Positions 1 to 8,336 of a stretch of DNA of 64,000 nucleotides are shown piece by piece. Position 1 is the first letter of the stretch. Each line of letters starts with the position of its first letter. Origin of the DNA: an uncultured Chloroflexia bacterium. Its GTDB lineage: Bacteria > Chloroflexota > Limnocylindria > Limnocylindrales > CSP1-4. Made by a program: the position numbers and the translations under genes. A model generated the notes under the pieces. The model had not been told where the DNA came from and made no database searches. It saw only the letters and a program-made list of their open reading frames with translations. Location of the stretch: contig CAWHXD010000006.1 of assembly GCA_963833225.1 (NCBI GenBank), positions 1-64,000 of the forward strand, read 5' to 3'.

Positions 1-2
1 AC

Positions 3-305
3 GGGCTGAGCCGCTGGGCGGGAATCGCGTCGTACGCTGCGCTCGCCATCGCCCTGTACTACCTGGGTCGGGCCTGCCGGTCCGGCGACGTCCTGCCCGG
101 ATGGCTTGGCGTCGTGGCCTACGCCGGTGCCGCGATCCTGGTCGCCATGATCGTCGTGTCCCAGGCGTCCGGCGCAGATGCCCTCAGCAACCTGCTCAGC
201 CTCGCGGTCGGCATGGTCGTCGCGCCGATCGTCACGATCGGCCTGGGCGCCCACATCGCCCGTGCGGCGAGCGGTGCTCCCGCACCTGTCGATCGGCGCA
301 GCTGA
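3..305 (+). CDS. membrane protein, 5' truncated by window edge
   Basis: Frame is open from base 3 to TGA at 305; three hydrophobic segments (GIASYAALAIALYYLG, GVVAYAGAAILVAMIVV, LLSLAVGMVVAPIVTIGLG). Confidence 0.65.
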   Translation, partial: GLSRWAGIASYAALAIALYYLGRACRSGDVLPGWLGVVAYAGAAILVAMIVVSQASGADALSNLLSLAVGMVVAPIVTIGLGAHIARAASGAPAPVDRRS

Positions 306-331
306 ACGGAATCGCGCGGAAGGGGAAGGAC

Positions 332-523
332 GTGGACGATCTCGAGCGGAACAAGGCGCTCATCAAGACCTATTGGGACGCCGTCAACGGCGAGGACCAC
401 GCGGACGCTGGAGTCGACCCACGACTCCGCCGACGGAACCATGCACCTGCGGCATTCGACCTGTTGGACCGCGCGTTCGCCAGGTGGTGCTTCACGGTCG
501 AATGTGCCTGCCGCCCCCGTTGA
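332..523 (+). pseudogene. SnoaL/NTF2-like (ester cyclase) N-terminal remnant
   Basis: Purine-rich RBS GGAAGGA then GTG; DDLERNKALIKTYWDAVNGED matches the typical first helix of NTF2/SnoaL proteins, after which similarity is lost. Confidence 0.45.
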
Positions 524-545
524 CCGGCCCCGTACGGTGGACGGC

Positions 546-642
546 GTGAGTGCGGTCTCGCTGTCGGTCACGATCCTGCGGCCCGTCGGCGACGTCTTCG
601 CCGTCCTGGCCGATGTCGGCAACGCCGCCAGGTGGTCCGCGC
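546..642 (+). pseudogene. SRPBCC-family N-terminal fragment
   Basis: VSAVSLSVTILRPVGDVFAVLADVGNAARWS fits the SRPBCC start motif (I.RP...VF..LAD..N...W). Confidence 0.5.
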
Positions 643-770
643 CGGCCGAGCCCCGTGGACCCCTCGTCGACCCAGCGCGTCTCGACGACGTGCGCGTGCC
701 AGGCCGGGTTGTTCTCTGCGTCCGCGACGAAGTGCACCGCTGGCGGCCTTCCGATGCGGCTATCGTGGTC
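637..770 (-). pseudogene. second SRPBCC-family N-terminal fragment, opposite strand
   Basis: RIGRPPAVHFVADAENNPAWHAHVVETRWVDEGSTGLGRRG fits the SRPBCC motif FVAD..N.P.W...V.E......G..G.G. Confidence 0.5.
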
Positions 771-784
771 GCGAGGAGGGACGC

Positions 785-1285
785 ATGGACATCGCAACCT
801 GGCTCGTCCAGGCACTCCACGTGACGGCCGCGATCACCTGGCTCGGCGGGCACCTGACATGGCAGCACCTGATCCTGCCGGCGTGGTTCCGGCAGCCGAT
901 CGAGACGCAGCGCGCGCTCGGACGATCTCTGGTTGCGCGCTACGAGCGGGTCGTCATCCCGACCGCGCTCGTCGTCGTGGTGAGCGGCGTGCTCCGCGGC
1001 ACCGTATTCGGACGGATCCACACGATCGATGATCTCTCGAGCCGCTATGGCCTGGCCTGGGCCGCGGCGCTCGCACTCATCGTGGTGACGTTCGCGATCG
1101 GAGCGCGACTCGGCACACCGAGGGTGCGCGCCTACCTCGACGACGATGGGGCGTGGTCCGTCGCCGTACGGGGCGACATGGGCGCGCTCCTGCGCCGTCG
1201 TCGGGCGTTCGTCTCGGCACTGCGGGTTGAGCTTGGCGTGATGCTGGTGGTCCTGGCGCTGATGTTCGTGATGCGCCTCAGCTGA
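785..1285 (+). CDS. 4-TM membrane protein (CopD/DUF2269-like)
   Basis: RBS GAGGAGG before ATG 785; LHVTAAITWLGG motif, four hydrophobic helices, YG before TM3. Confidence 0.7.
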   Translation: MDIATWLVQALHVTAAITWLGGHLTWQHLILPAWFRQPIETQRALGRSLVARYERVVIPTALVVVVSGVLRGTVFGRIHTIDDLSSRYGLAWAAALALIVVTFAIGARLGTPRVRAYLDDDGAWSVAVRGDMGALLRRRRAFVSALRVELGVMLVVLALMFVMRLS

Positions 1286-1523
1286 GCGGGCAGCGGGTCC
1301 CGCGCCCGTGACGCCGACGACGGCCGACTCGGTGTTCTTGGCACATCGACTTTGCGTGCGGGCCGTCGTCCAGGGGATGACGGCGAGAAACTCGTCGCGC
1401 GAACCATGACCTGAGCGATGCGGAAGCCCTATTCAACACCGCGCTAAGGCGGCCAAACCCTGAAGCTGCTTACGAAACATCAGTTCTGCCGCTGAGTAGC
1501 CGCACTACCTCGCTGAGAAGCCG

Positions 1524-1790
1524 CTACTCGTCCGATCGGGCGCTGCCCTCGGGTTCGGGCAAGCGCTCGGCGAGGATCCACACTAGCTGCGCCGTCGTCG
1601 TCGCGCCAACCTTCGATCTGGCGTTCGCCAGGTGGTGCTTCACAGTCGAGTGCGACAGGCCGAGACGGTGGGCGGCCGCCTTCTCCGAGCCGGCGGCGAG
1701 GACCGCTTCGACCACTGCCAGCTCGCGGTCCGTGGCGTGCTCGGCCGAGCGGCGGGCCCTCACGCCAGCCGCCTCGCGGCGGCCAGCCAC
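1524..1790 (-). CDS. stand-alone LuxR-type HTH regulator
   Basis: TDRELAVV...KAAAHRLGLSHSTVKHHLANARSKVGATTTAQLV; start codon uncertain. Confidence 0.75.
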   Translation of the reverse strand: MAGRREAAGVRARRSAEHATDRELAVVEAVLAAGSEKAAAHRLGLSHSTVKHHLANARSKVGATTTAQLVWILAERLPEPEGSARSDE

Positions 1791-1863
1791 TCATCACGGC
1801 CCTCGATGGGCATGACATAGGCTGTTAACGCGCGCCCAACACCTGTCGGGCGCGCCATTGTCT

Positions 1864-1930
1864 TGAGTCGCGACATCGGCGACACATGAGTCGCGACATC
1901 GGTGACACATGAGTCGCGACATCGGCGACA
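1864..1930. repeat. 3 x 23-bp tandem repeat TGAGTCGCGACATCGGYGACACA
   Basis: Units start at 1864, 1887 and 1910; the third is truncated. Confidence 0.9.
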
Positions 1931-1953
1931 TCGGTGATCAGCAGGTCTGCTGG

Positions 1954-1976
1954 GACCCCGGCCATCGGCCGGGGTC
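1954..1976 (+). terminator. GC-rich stem-loop, possible terminator
   Basis: GACCCCGGCC-ATC-GGCCGGGGTC perfect 10-bp stem followed by tcgtcgttggtt; no true U-tract. Confidence 0.45.
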
Positions 1977-2050
1977 TCGTCGTTGGTTGCGGAGCCCCTC
2001 CGACCTCGCCTCGGGGACGTCAGCCTCGCGCCAGGTCGCGGGACCCGTGG

Positions 2051-2076
2051 AATACTTGAGTCATGGCTCAAGTGTT
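2051..2076. promoter_or_regulatory. ArsR/SmtB-type operator
   Basis: AATACTTGAG-TCATGG-CTCAAGTGTT inverted repeat (9/10 match) at the start of the ArsR gene. Confidence 0.7.
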
Positions 2077-2452
2077 CGCCTCGGCGATCGACGTGGATCA
2101 GTGTGACGTCGACTGCCTCCATCCGGTGCACGTCCGGCTGATCCTGGGGCGCACCCTCGGGACCGATGGCTCACGCGCGGTGGCCGACCTGTTCGCCGTC
2201 CTGGCCGATCCTTCCCGGGCGCGGATCCTTCACCTGCTCGCGATCAGCGAGCAGGAGCTATGCGTCTTCGACATGGCGTTGGTGCTTGGGATGAGCGTGT
2301 CCGCGCTGTCCCACCAGCTCCGCGCGCTGCGCGAGAGGGGGACGGTCAGCCGCCGCAAGGCCGGCCGGATCGTCTACTACCGGCTCGTCGACGACCACAT
2401 CCGCCGGCTCGTGCTCGACGCCACCGTTCACGTCGCCGAGGTTGCGGTCTGA
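2063..2452 (+). CDS. ArsR/SmtB (CadC-like) metal-sensing repressor
   Basis: LFAVLADPSRARIL, ELCVFDMA, SALSHQLRALR, GRIVYYRLVDDHI; N-terminal CDVDCLH. The true start may be GTG 2093. Confidence 0.9.
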   Translation: MAQVFASAIDVDQCDVDCLHPVHVRLILGRTLGTDGSRAVADLFAVLADPSRARILHLLAISEQELCVFDMALVLGMSVSALSHQLRALRERGTVSRRKAGRIVYYRLVDDHIRRLVLDATVHVAEVAV

Positions 2453-3351
2453 TGCCGCATAGCCATTCTTCCGCCGCACGGCACCGGAAGCGGCTGGCCG
2501 CGGTCTTCGGGCTCACGCTGTCGATCTTCGCGGTCGAGGTCGTCGGTGGCCTGATCTCGAACAGCCTCGCGCTCCTCGCAGACGCTGGGCACATGTTCAC
2601 CGACGTCTTCGGCATCGGCTTCGCGCTCGCCGCGATCTGGATCGCCGGCCGACCCGCGACGAGCGACCGGACCTTCGGATACCTTCGCCTCGAGATTCTC
2701 GCCACGGTCGCGAACGCCCTGCTCCTCTTCGGCGTCTCCGCGTATGTCCTCTACGAGGCCTGGCGCCGTCTTCTCGAGCCGCCCGACGTCACGTCCGGAC
2801 TCATGCTCGCGGTCGCGGTCGTCGGCCTGGTCGCAAATGGCGTCTCGCTCTTCCTGCTCCGCGACGCGCAGGGCCACAGCCTGAACATGCGTGGCGCGTA
2901 TCTGGAGGTCATGGGCGACCTCGCCGGATCCGTGGCGGTCATCGTCGCCGCAGTAGTCATCGCGGTGACCGGCTGGACGCAGGCCGACGCCGTCGCCTCG
3001 GCGGCAATCGGCGTGCTGATCATCCCACGGACGTGGAGCCTGCTCCGCGAGGCGCTCGATGTCCTGCTCGAGGCGACGCCAAAGGGGACGAGCCTTGACA
3101 CTGTCCGGGAGCACATCCTCGAGGCACCGGGGGTGGCCGATGTGCACGACCTCCACGCCTGGACGATCACGAGCGGCATGAAGGTCGTCAGCGCCCATGT
3201 CGTACTGGATGAGGAGGCGAAGGCCGGCGACATCCTCGACCACCTCGGCATGTGCCTGTCCAACGACTTCGACGTCAAGCACTCCACGTTCCAGCTCGAG
3301 ACGCCCGAGCACGTCCAGTGGGAGGCTCGCGCCGAGCAGGCACAGATGTGA
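2452..3351 (+). CDS. cation diffusion facilitator (CzcD/ZitB-like) efflux transporter
   Basis: SNSLALLADAGHMFTD, TFGYLRLEIL, HDLHAWTITSG, HSTFQLE; TGATG coupling to the ArsR gene. Confidence 0.93.
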   Translation: MPHSHSSAARHRKRLAAVFGLTLSIFAVEVVGGLISNSLALLADAGHMFTDVFGIGFALAAIWIAGRPATSDRTFGYLRLEILATVANALLLFGVSAYVLYEAWRRLLEPPDVTSGLMLAVAVVGLVANGVSLFLLRDAQGHSLNMRGAYLEVMGDLAGSVAVIVAAVVIAVTGWTQADAVASAAIGVLIIPRTWSLLREALDVLLEATPKGTSLDTVREHILEAPGVADVHDLHAWTITSGMKVVSAHVVLDEEAKAGDILDHLGMCLSNDFDVKHSTFQLETPEHVQWEARAEQAQM

Positions 3352-3395
3352 GTGTGGCGAGGGACCCCAGGCCCGTGCGAGGGGCCTCGGCGTTC

Positions 3396-3560
3396 CCGAC
3401 GCCGGCGCTGACCACCATCAGCTTCCCGGCCGATGAGATGGGCGACGTCGCGGCGCGGATTCTCCTCGGTCGGGTCGTCGGTGGCGACGCGGCATCCGAT
3501 CAGATCCTGGTACGGCCGACGTTGACGGTTCGCGACAGCACGGGGAAGCCGCGCACCTGA
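3396..3560 (+). pseudogene. LacI-family C-terminal remnant
   Basis: PALTTISFPADEMGDVAARILL...PTLTVRDST is the typical LacI C-terminus; no HTH or N-terminus present. Confidence 0.65.
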
Positions 3561-3794
3561 TCGCGCAGCGAGACGGTCACCGGGCGTACGCGCAGCGATC
3601 GACGACGCACCACACGGTCCTGCTCACTGGACAGCCGTCCTACGGTGGACTCACGCACGACCGCTGTGCGTGTCGAGCCGGCTCGTGCGCCGGAGGCTGG
3701 CCATGAATGACGATGGCTCCGAACAGCCGGAGGATCGGCAAGCGGTCGTCAGGCGGCGAATTCGAGCACATCGGTCGATCGGTGCAGCGCCAGG

Positions 3795-3910
3795 TCGGAG
3801 TAGGGATCAGCGTCGGGCTCGCGTCGCTCCACGTGGACGAAACGCTCGAGGAGCTCACCGCCCGGGCCGACGCGACGCTGCTCGACCTCAAGAAGCGGCA
3901 CGACGCCTAG
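3795..3910 (+). pseudogene. GGDEF-domain C-terminal remnant
   Basis: GISVGLASLHVDETLEELTARADATLLDLKK resembles the GGDEF tail S.G.A.......L..RAD.ALY.AK; no GGDEF motif upstream. Confidence 0.5.
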
Positions 3911-3983
3911 CGCGCGCGGCTCGCGTTCGTCTCCCTGGCCGAAGAGAACTCACGGCACCTGACCGGCAATGACGACCGTTATA

Positions 3984-4034
3984 CTTGGCATCCTGCCAAG
4001 GACACTTGACATCAACCTGGCGGCGGTGCAGGAT
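3984..4034 (+). promoter_or_regulatory. sigma70-like promoter with operator palindromes
   Basis: TTGACA (4006-4011), 17 bp, CAGGAT (4029-4034); perfect repeat CTTGGCA-TCC-TGCCAAG (3984-4000) and GCCAAG-N4-CTTGAC overlapping the -35. Confidence 0.6.
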
Positions 4035-4041
4035 TGCAGCC

Positions 4042-4272
4042 ATGCCGACCAGGGCCGATGTCCGTCTTCAGAACCGTCTCCGAGTTGCGCGCGCCGAGCG
4101 CGACCTGTCACAAGGAGAGCTCGCGCTGGCCGTCGGCGTCAGCCGCCAGACGATCAGCTCGATCGAAACCGGCCAGTATTGCCCGTCGACGGCGCTGGCG
4201 CTCCGTTTGGCACACACCCTGGGCGAGCAGGTGGAACGACTGTTCTGGCTGGAAGGAGAGACTCATGCGTAG
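4042..4272 (+). CDS. XRE/Cro-family HTH regulator
   Basis: NRLRVARAERDLSQGELALAVGVSRQTISSIETGQYCPS...VERLF. Confidence 0.9.
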   Translation: MPTRADVRLQNRLRVARAERDLSQGELALAVGVSRQTISSIETGQYCPSTALALRLAHTLGEQVERLFWLEGETHA

Positions 4273-4555
4273 CTTGTTCGTCCGCGACGAGCGCGAAGCC
4301 GCTGTCGAGCAGGGCGGCGACCGGCTCGCCTACATCGTCATGTCGTACGGGTTGCTGCTCATCGTCGCCTACCGCTCCTTCGTGGACCAGCAGGCGTCCT
4401 GGGATCTCCTCGCACTCGTTGTGGCAGGCGGGATCGTGAGCATGGGCTACCGAGTGTGGAGGCGCGGCCTGAGCCGCGATGCGCTCCTCCTGGTGGGCCT
4501 CACGATCGCCGTTGCCGTCGTTGTCGGGGCTCTCGTCGCGCTGGGCGTTCGATGA
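4265..4555 (+). CDS. small 3-TM membrane protein
   Basis: RBS GGAGAG; DERE motif followed by three TM segments, a common XRE partner architecture. Confidence 0.75.
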   Translation: MRSLFVRDEREAAVEQGGDRLAYIVMSYGLLLIVAYRSFVDQQASWDLLALVVAGGIVSMGYRVWRRGLSRDALLLVGLTIAVAVVVGALVALGVR

Positions 4556-5092
4556 CCATCGGCCGCAGCTCAACGACTCGGAGCCTGCCCCGGCCGATCG
4601 CCACGATCGGGCTGACCTGGCTGGCGATGCTTGGTGTCGACCTGTTCCTGCACGCGGGATTGCTCGCGCCCCTCTATGACTGGGGCAGCCCGTTCCTGCT
4701 CGAGCCGGAGACAGCCTTCGTGAGGATCCCGGCAGGCTACCTGGCGTTTCTGGTTCTCGCGGCTGGACTCGTCTGGCTGCTCCCGCGACTCGGCGTTGGC
4801 AGCGGCCGTGAGGGTGCCGTGATGGGTGGCGCCTTCGGAGCGGTGATCTGGGGTGCCCTGATCCTCGGACTGTGGTCGATCTCAACCGCCGACCCAGCCC
4901 TGCTCGCGGGCTGGTGGGTCGGCCAGAGTGCTGAGCTTGCCCTGGGGGGCGCCATCGTCGGGTCCGTCATCAGTGGCATGAGACTCCGCAGCCTGGCGTG
5001 GCGGGTGGGCGCAATCGTGGTCGTCCTGGCGATCTGCAGCCGTGGTGCTCCAGTCGACTGGATTCGCCCAGGCGCCCGTTCTCGTGCGCTGA
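4552..5092 (+). CDS. multi-TM membrane protein (one frameshift near 5040)
   Basis: ATGA overlap with the upstream gene; hydrophobic helices (MLGVDLFLHAGLLAPLY...); alternative frame VVLQSTGFAQAPVLVR ends at TGA 5092. Confidence 0.65.
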
Positions 5093-5190
5093 TCGAGGGC
5101 CTCACGGTGCATGGCGGATCCCCCGCCGAGCCCGGCGCTGGCTCGCGCTTCCCCGCGCCTGCGAACGCAAGTTCGACCTTGCTCCTGATC

Positions 5191-5770
5191 ATGGCCGTCG
5201 GAGCGGGGCTCGCGATCGGCCTCGCCACCTCCGTCGGGCAAGGGTTGGCTGCCGGCAGGATTGGCGCCCCTGAGCAACTCGTCCGGCTCGTGGTGCACCT
5301 GCGCGTTCGCCCTGGCGCTGTCCGAGCGGGACCCGCGACCGGCCGCCCTGATCGGCTTCGCGTCGCTCGTTGCCATGCTCGCCGGCTACGCGCTGGCGAC
5401 CGAGCTCCGCGGTTTCCCGGTCGGGACCTCGATGTTCGTCCGCTTTGGCGCCGCGGCAGTCGTCGCGGGGCCGGCCCTCGGCGTCGGCGCTGCGTGGCTG
5501 AGGGGCCCGAACCCCCACCGTGCCGCTGCGGGGGTCGCCCCGATCGCCGGCATCCTGCTGGGCGAGGGACTCTACGGTCTCACCGTGGTCGCGGCGACGA
5601 CATTCGTCGGCTACTGGGTCGGCGAGCTGACCGTCGGTCTCGTCCTCGTCGTCCTCGCGACCATTCGTCTTCGAGACCGACGCGGGATCGCGCTGATGCT
5701 CGCCCTCTCGGCCTCCGCGGCGGCCATCTTCTACCTCACGTACACGCGCGTGCTCGGCGCCCTGTCCTGA
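5191..5770 (+). CDS. membrane protein, DUF6518-like (frameshift near 5240; start uncertain)
   Basis: GLAIGLATSVGQG joins LAPLSNSSGSW...AGPALG.GAAW...LLGEGLYGL; about six TM segments. Confidence 0.6.
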
Positions 5771-5826
5771 AGACGGCCGGCGCCCCGGGTGCCGAGGCGC
5801 TGCGGAAGGCTCCGGCCGGTCGACGG

Positions 5827-8098
5827 TCAGGCAGACGCCACCCGGTTCCGACCGCCACGCTTCGCCCGGAACAGCGCTTCGTCGGCGGCTCGCAGCAGCG
5901 CCTCCTTCGTCGGCGCGCCGGGATCGATGGCGGCGCAGCCGGCCGACACGTGCGCGTTGAGCTGCTCCCCGACCGGACCCTCGATGACCCGCGAATCCAG
6001 CGGTGACCGGATGTCCTCGGCGATCGCGACGGCTCCATCGAGCTCGCACTCCTCGAGGATCACCACGAACTCCTCGCCCCCGTACCGGGCAACGAGGTCG
6101 CTGGAGCGCAGCCGCTCGTGCAGCAGGCCGGCAAAGGCGCGCAGGACCGCGTCGCCCGCCTGGTGGCCGTGATCCCTGTTGAACCGCCCGAAGTGGTCGA
6201 GGTCGAACATGATCGCGGACAGCCCCGTCGCCCCACGATTCCGGCGCCAGCGAGCAAAGATGAGGTCGAGCGTGGCGTCAAAGTGCCGCCGGTTGTAGAG
6301 GCCCGTCAGCCCGTCGTGGATGGCGAGCTCGGACACCTCCTGGTGGAGCAGGGCGTTGGCCATCGCGAGCGCGACCTGCGCGCCGAGCGCCTGCATGACC
6401 TCGCACTCGACATCCGTGAACGGGTGATCGAGGTCCGCGCGACCCACGGAGATGGCGCCGAGCACGGTCTCGTCCTGGATGAGCGGGACGGCGACCGAGA
6501 TCAGGGCATCGGGCGGGATCTCGTCGCGGAGGGCGCTCGCGTAGTCGGGGCGATGAAGAATCATCGGCCCCAGGAACACCCGCTCCGCGATCGCCCGGCC
6601 AGCCGGACCGTCACCCAGTGGCACGTCTGCGCCGATGAATGCCTCGGCGACACCGTGTGCGGCGGTCAACCGGTACCGCCCGGTCTCCCGGTCCCGCGTC
6701 GTGAGGGTCATGACGTCGCCCGGGAAGATCCTCAACAGCGCCTCCATCAGCGCCGGGGCGAGTCGCTCGGGCTCGAGGATCGCATTGGTTGCCCGGGCGA
6801 ACTCGCTCAGCGCCGCCAGCAGCTGGGCACGCTGCGCGAGGGCGAGCTGCTCCCGACCGAGCAACAGGGCGCTGGCCACGCGCTCGGCAACCGCCAGCGC
6901 CAGCCGCAGGTCGTGGTCGGCGAATGGTGCGCTCTCGGTGGTCTCGATATCGAGGACGCCGATCGCCCGGCCGTCGGCAATGAGCGGGACCGCGATCTCG
7001 CTGCGGACGTCGTCGCACGCCTCGACGTAGTCCGCGTCGGTACGCACGTCGGGCACCCACGCCGCGACGCCCGTCCGGGCAACCCGTCCGACGATGCCCT
7101 GGTCGATGCCAATCGAACTCGGCATGTTGGCAAACCCGCGGGCAGCGCCGACACGCAGCCGATCGCCTTCGACGATCAGCAGGCTGAGGTGGTCATAGCC
7201 CATCTGGTGGGCGAGGGTCTCCAGCACGGAATTGAGCGATTCGGCGGTCGGTCCGTGGCTCGCCAGCACCTGTCCGACACGGGCAATGCCGGCCAGCGCG
7301 TTCTCGGTCCGGCGCTGCTGGGTGATGTCGGTGCCGGTCCCGATGACGTGGGTCACGACTCCCGAATTGTCGGTCAGGCAGGTGCTCGACCAGCTGATCA
7401 GCCGCCTGGAGCCGTCACGCCGCAGCCAGTGGTTCTCGTACGTGTTGGGAAACAGGCCCGCCCGCAGGTCCGCGAACGTGGCCTGCACGCCCGGCAGGTC
7501 GTCGGATGGGATGAGACGATCCCAGATGGCGTGGCCGACCATCTCCTCGCTGTCGTAGCCAGTGAGCTGCTCGCACGCCGCGTTGAACTGCACGACGGTC
7601 CCGGTCGGGTCAAGGACGATCACGAGCGATCCCGCGACATCGAGGACACCCGCAACGAACCGCTCCTGCTGGGACCGCACGAGCTCGGCCTCGACGGTCT
7701 CGGAGACATCGCGGCTGACGGAGACGCTGCCGACGATCTCGCCGCCAACGACCCATGGCTTGACCGTCGATTCGACCCACTTCTCGGTGCCATCGCGGAG
7801 GCGGACGGATGCCCTCGCCCCGCCATGTCCGGCCGGCCCGGATCGCGGCCAGCAGCTGCTGCTCATCGGCGGCGTGGCGCATCCGGGATGGGAGCAGCTC
7901 GCCGAACAGCCGCCCGATCGCCTCGCTGGCCGTGTACCCGAACAGCGTGGCCGCCGAGTCGGCCCAGTGGGTGATCCGATTCTCGAGGTCGGTCGCGAAC
8001 ACGGCGTCCGGAACATCCCCGATCGTGATGTCACGGGTCACGACGGTCGGGCTCGGGCGAAGTGGGGGTTCGAGGTGTCGGGGTCCTGACCTGTTCAA
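5827..8098 (-). CDS. PAS-PAS-GAF-GAF diguanylate cyclase (frameshift near 7810)
   Basis: DGLTGLYNRR, DLDHF, ARYGGEEF, ADEALFRAKRGGRNRV; PAS and GAF motifs upstream; first PAS (DAVFATDLENRITHW) lies in ORF 7610-8098. Confidence 0.88.
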
Positions 8099-8336
8099 TG
8101 CCTCACCAGGATGGGGAACCGGTTGACCCTACGCCGAGACCGTCAGGGCCTCAACCGGCAGGTGGTCACGGGCGAGGAGTCATTGGTCCTCCGTGACATG
8201 GCTGGGACCAATGGCCACACCGGCCCCCCTACCGGGTGGGTGCGATGCGTCCACCGACGATCGAAGATCAACCGGTGCGGTCTCGCAACGTGCGTATGGC
8301 CGTGAACGCAGATGCCACCTCGTACCGAGCGTGCCG

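Noticed and set aside
4456-6006. 516-aa ORF
   Set aside because: Artefactual read-through joining two frameshifted membrane genes and antisense sequence.
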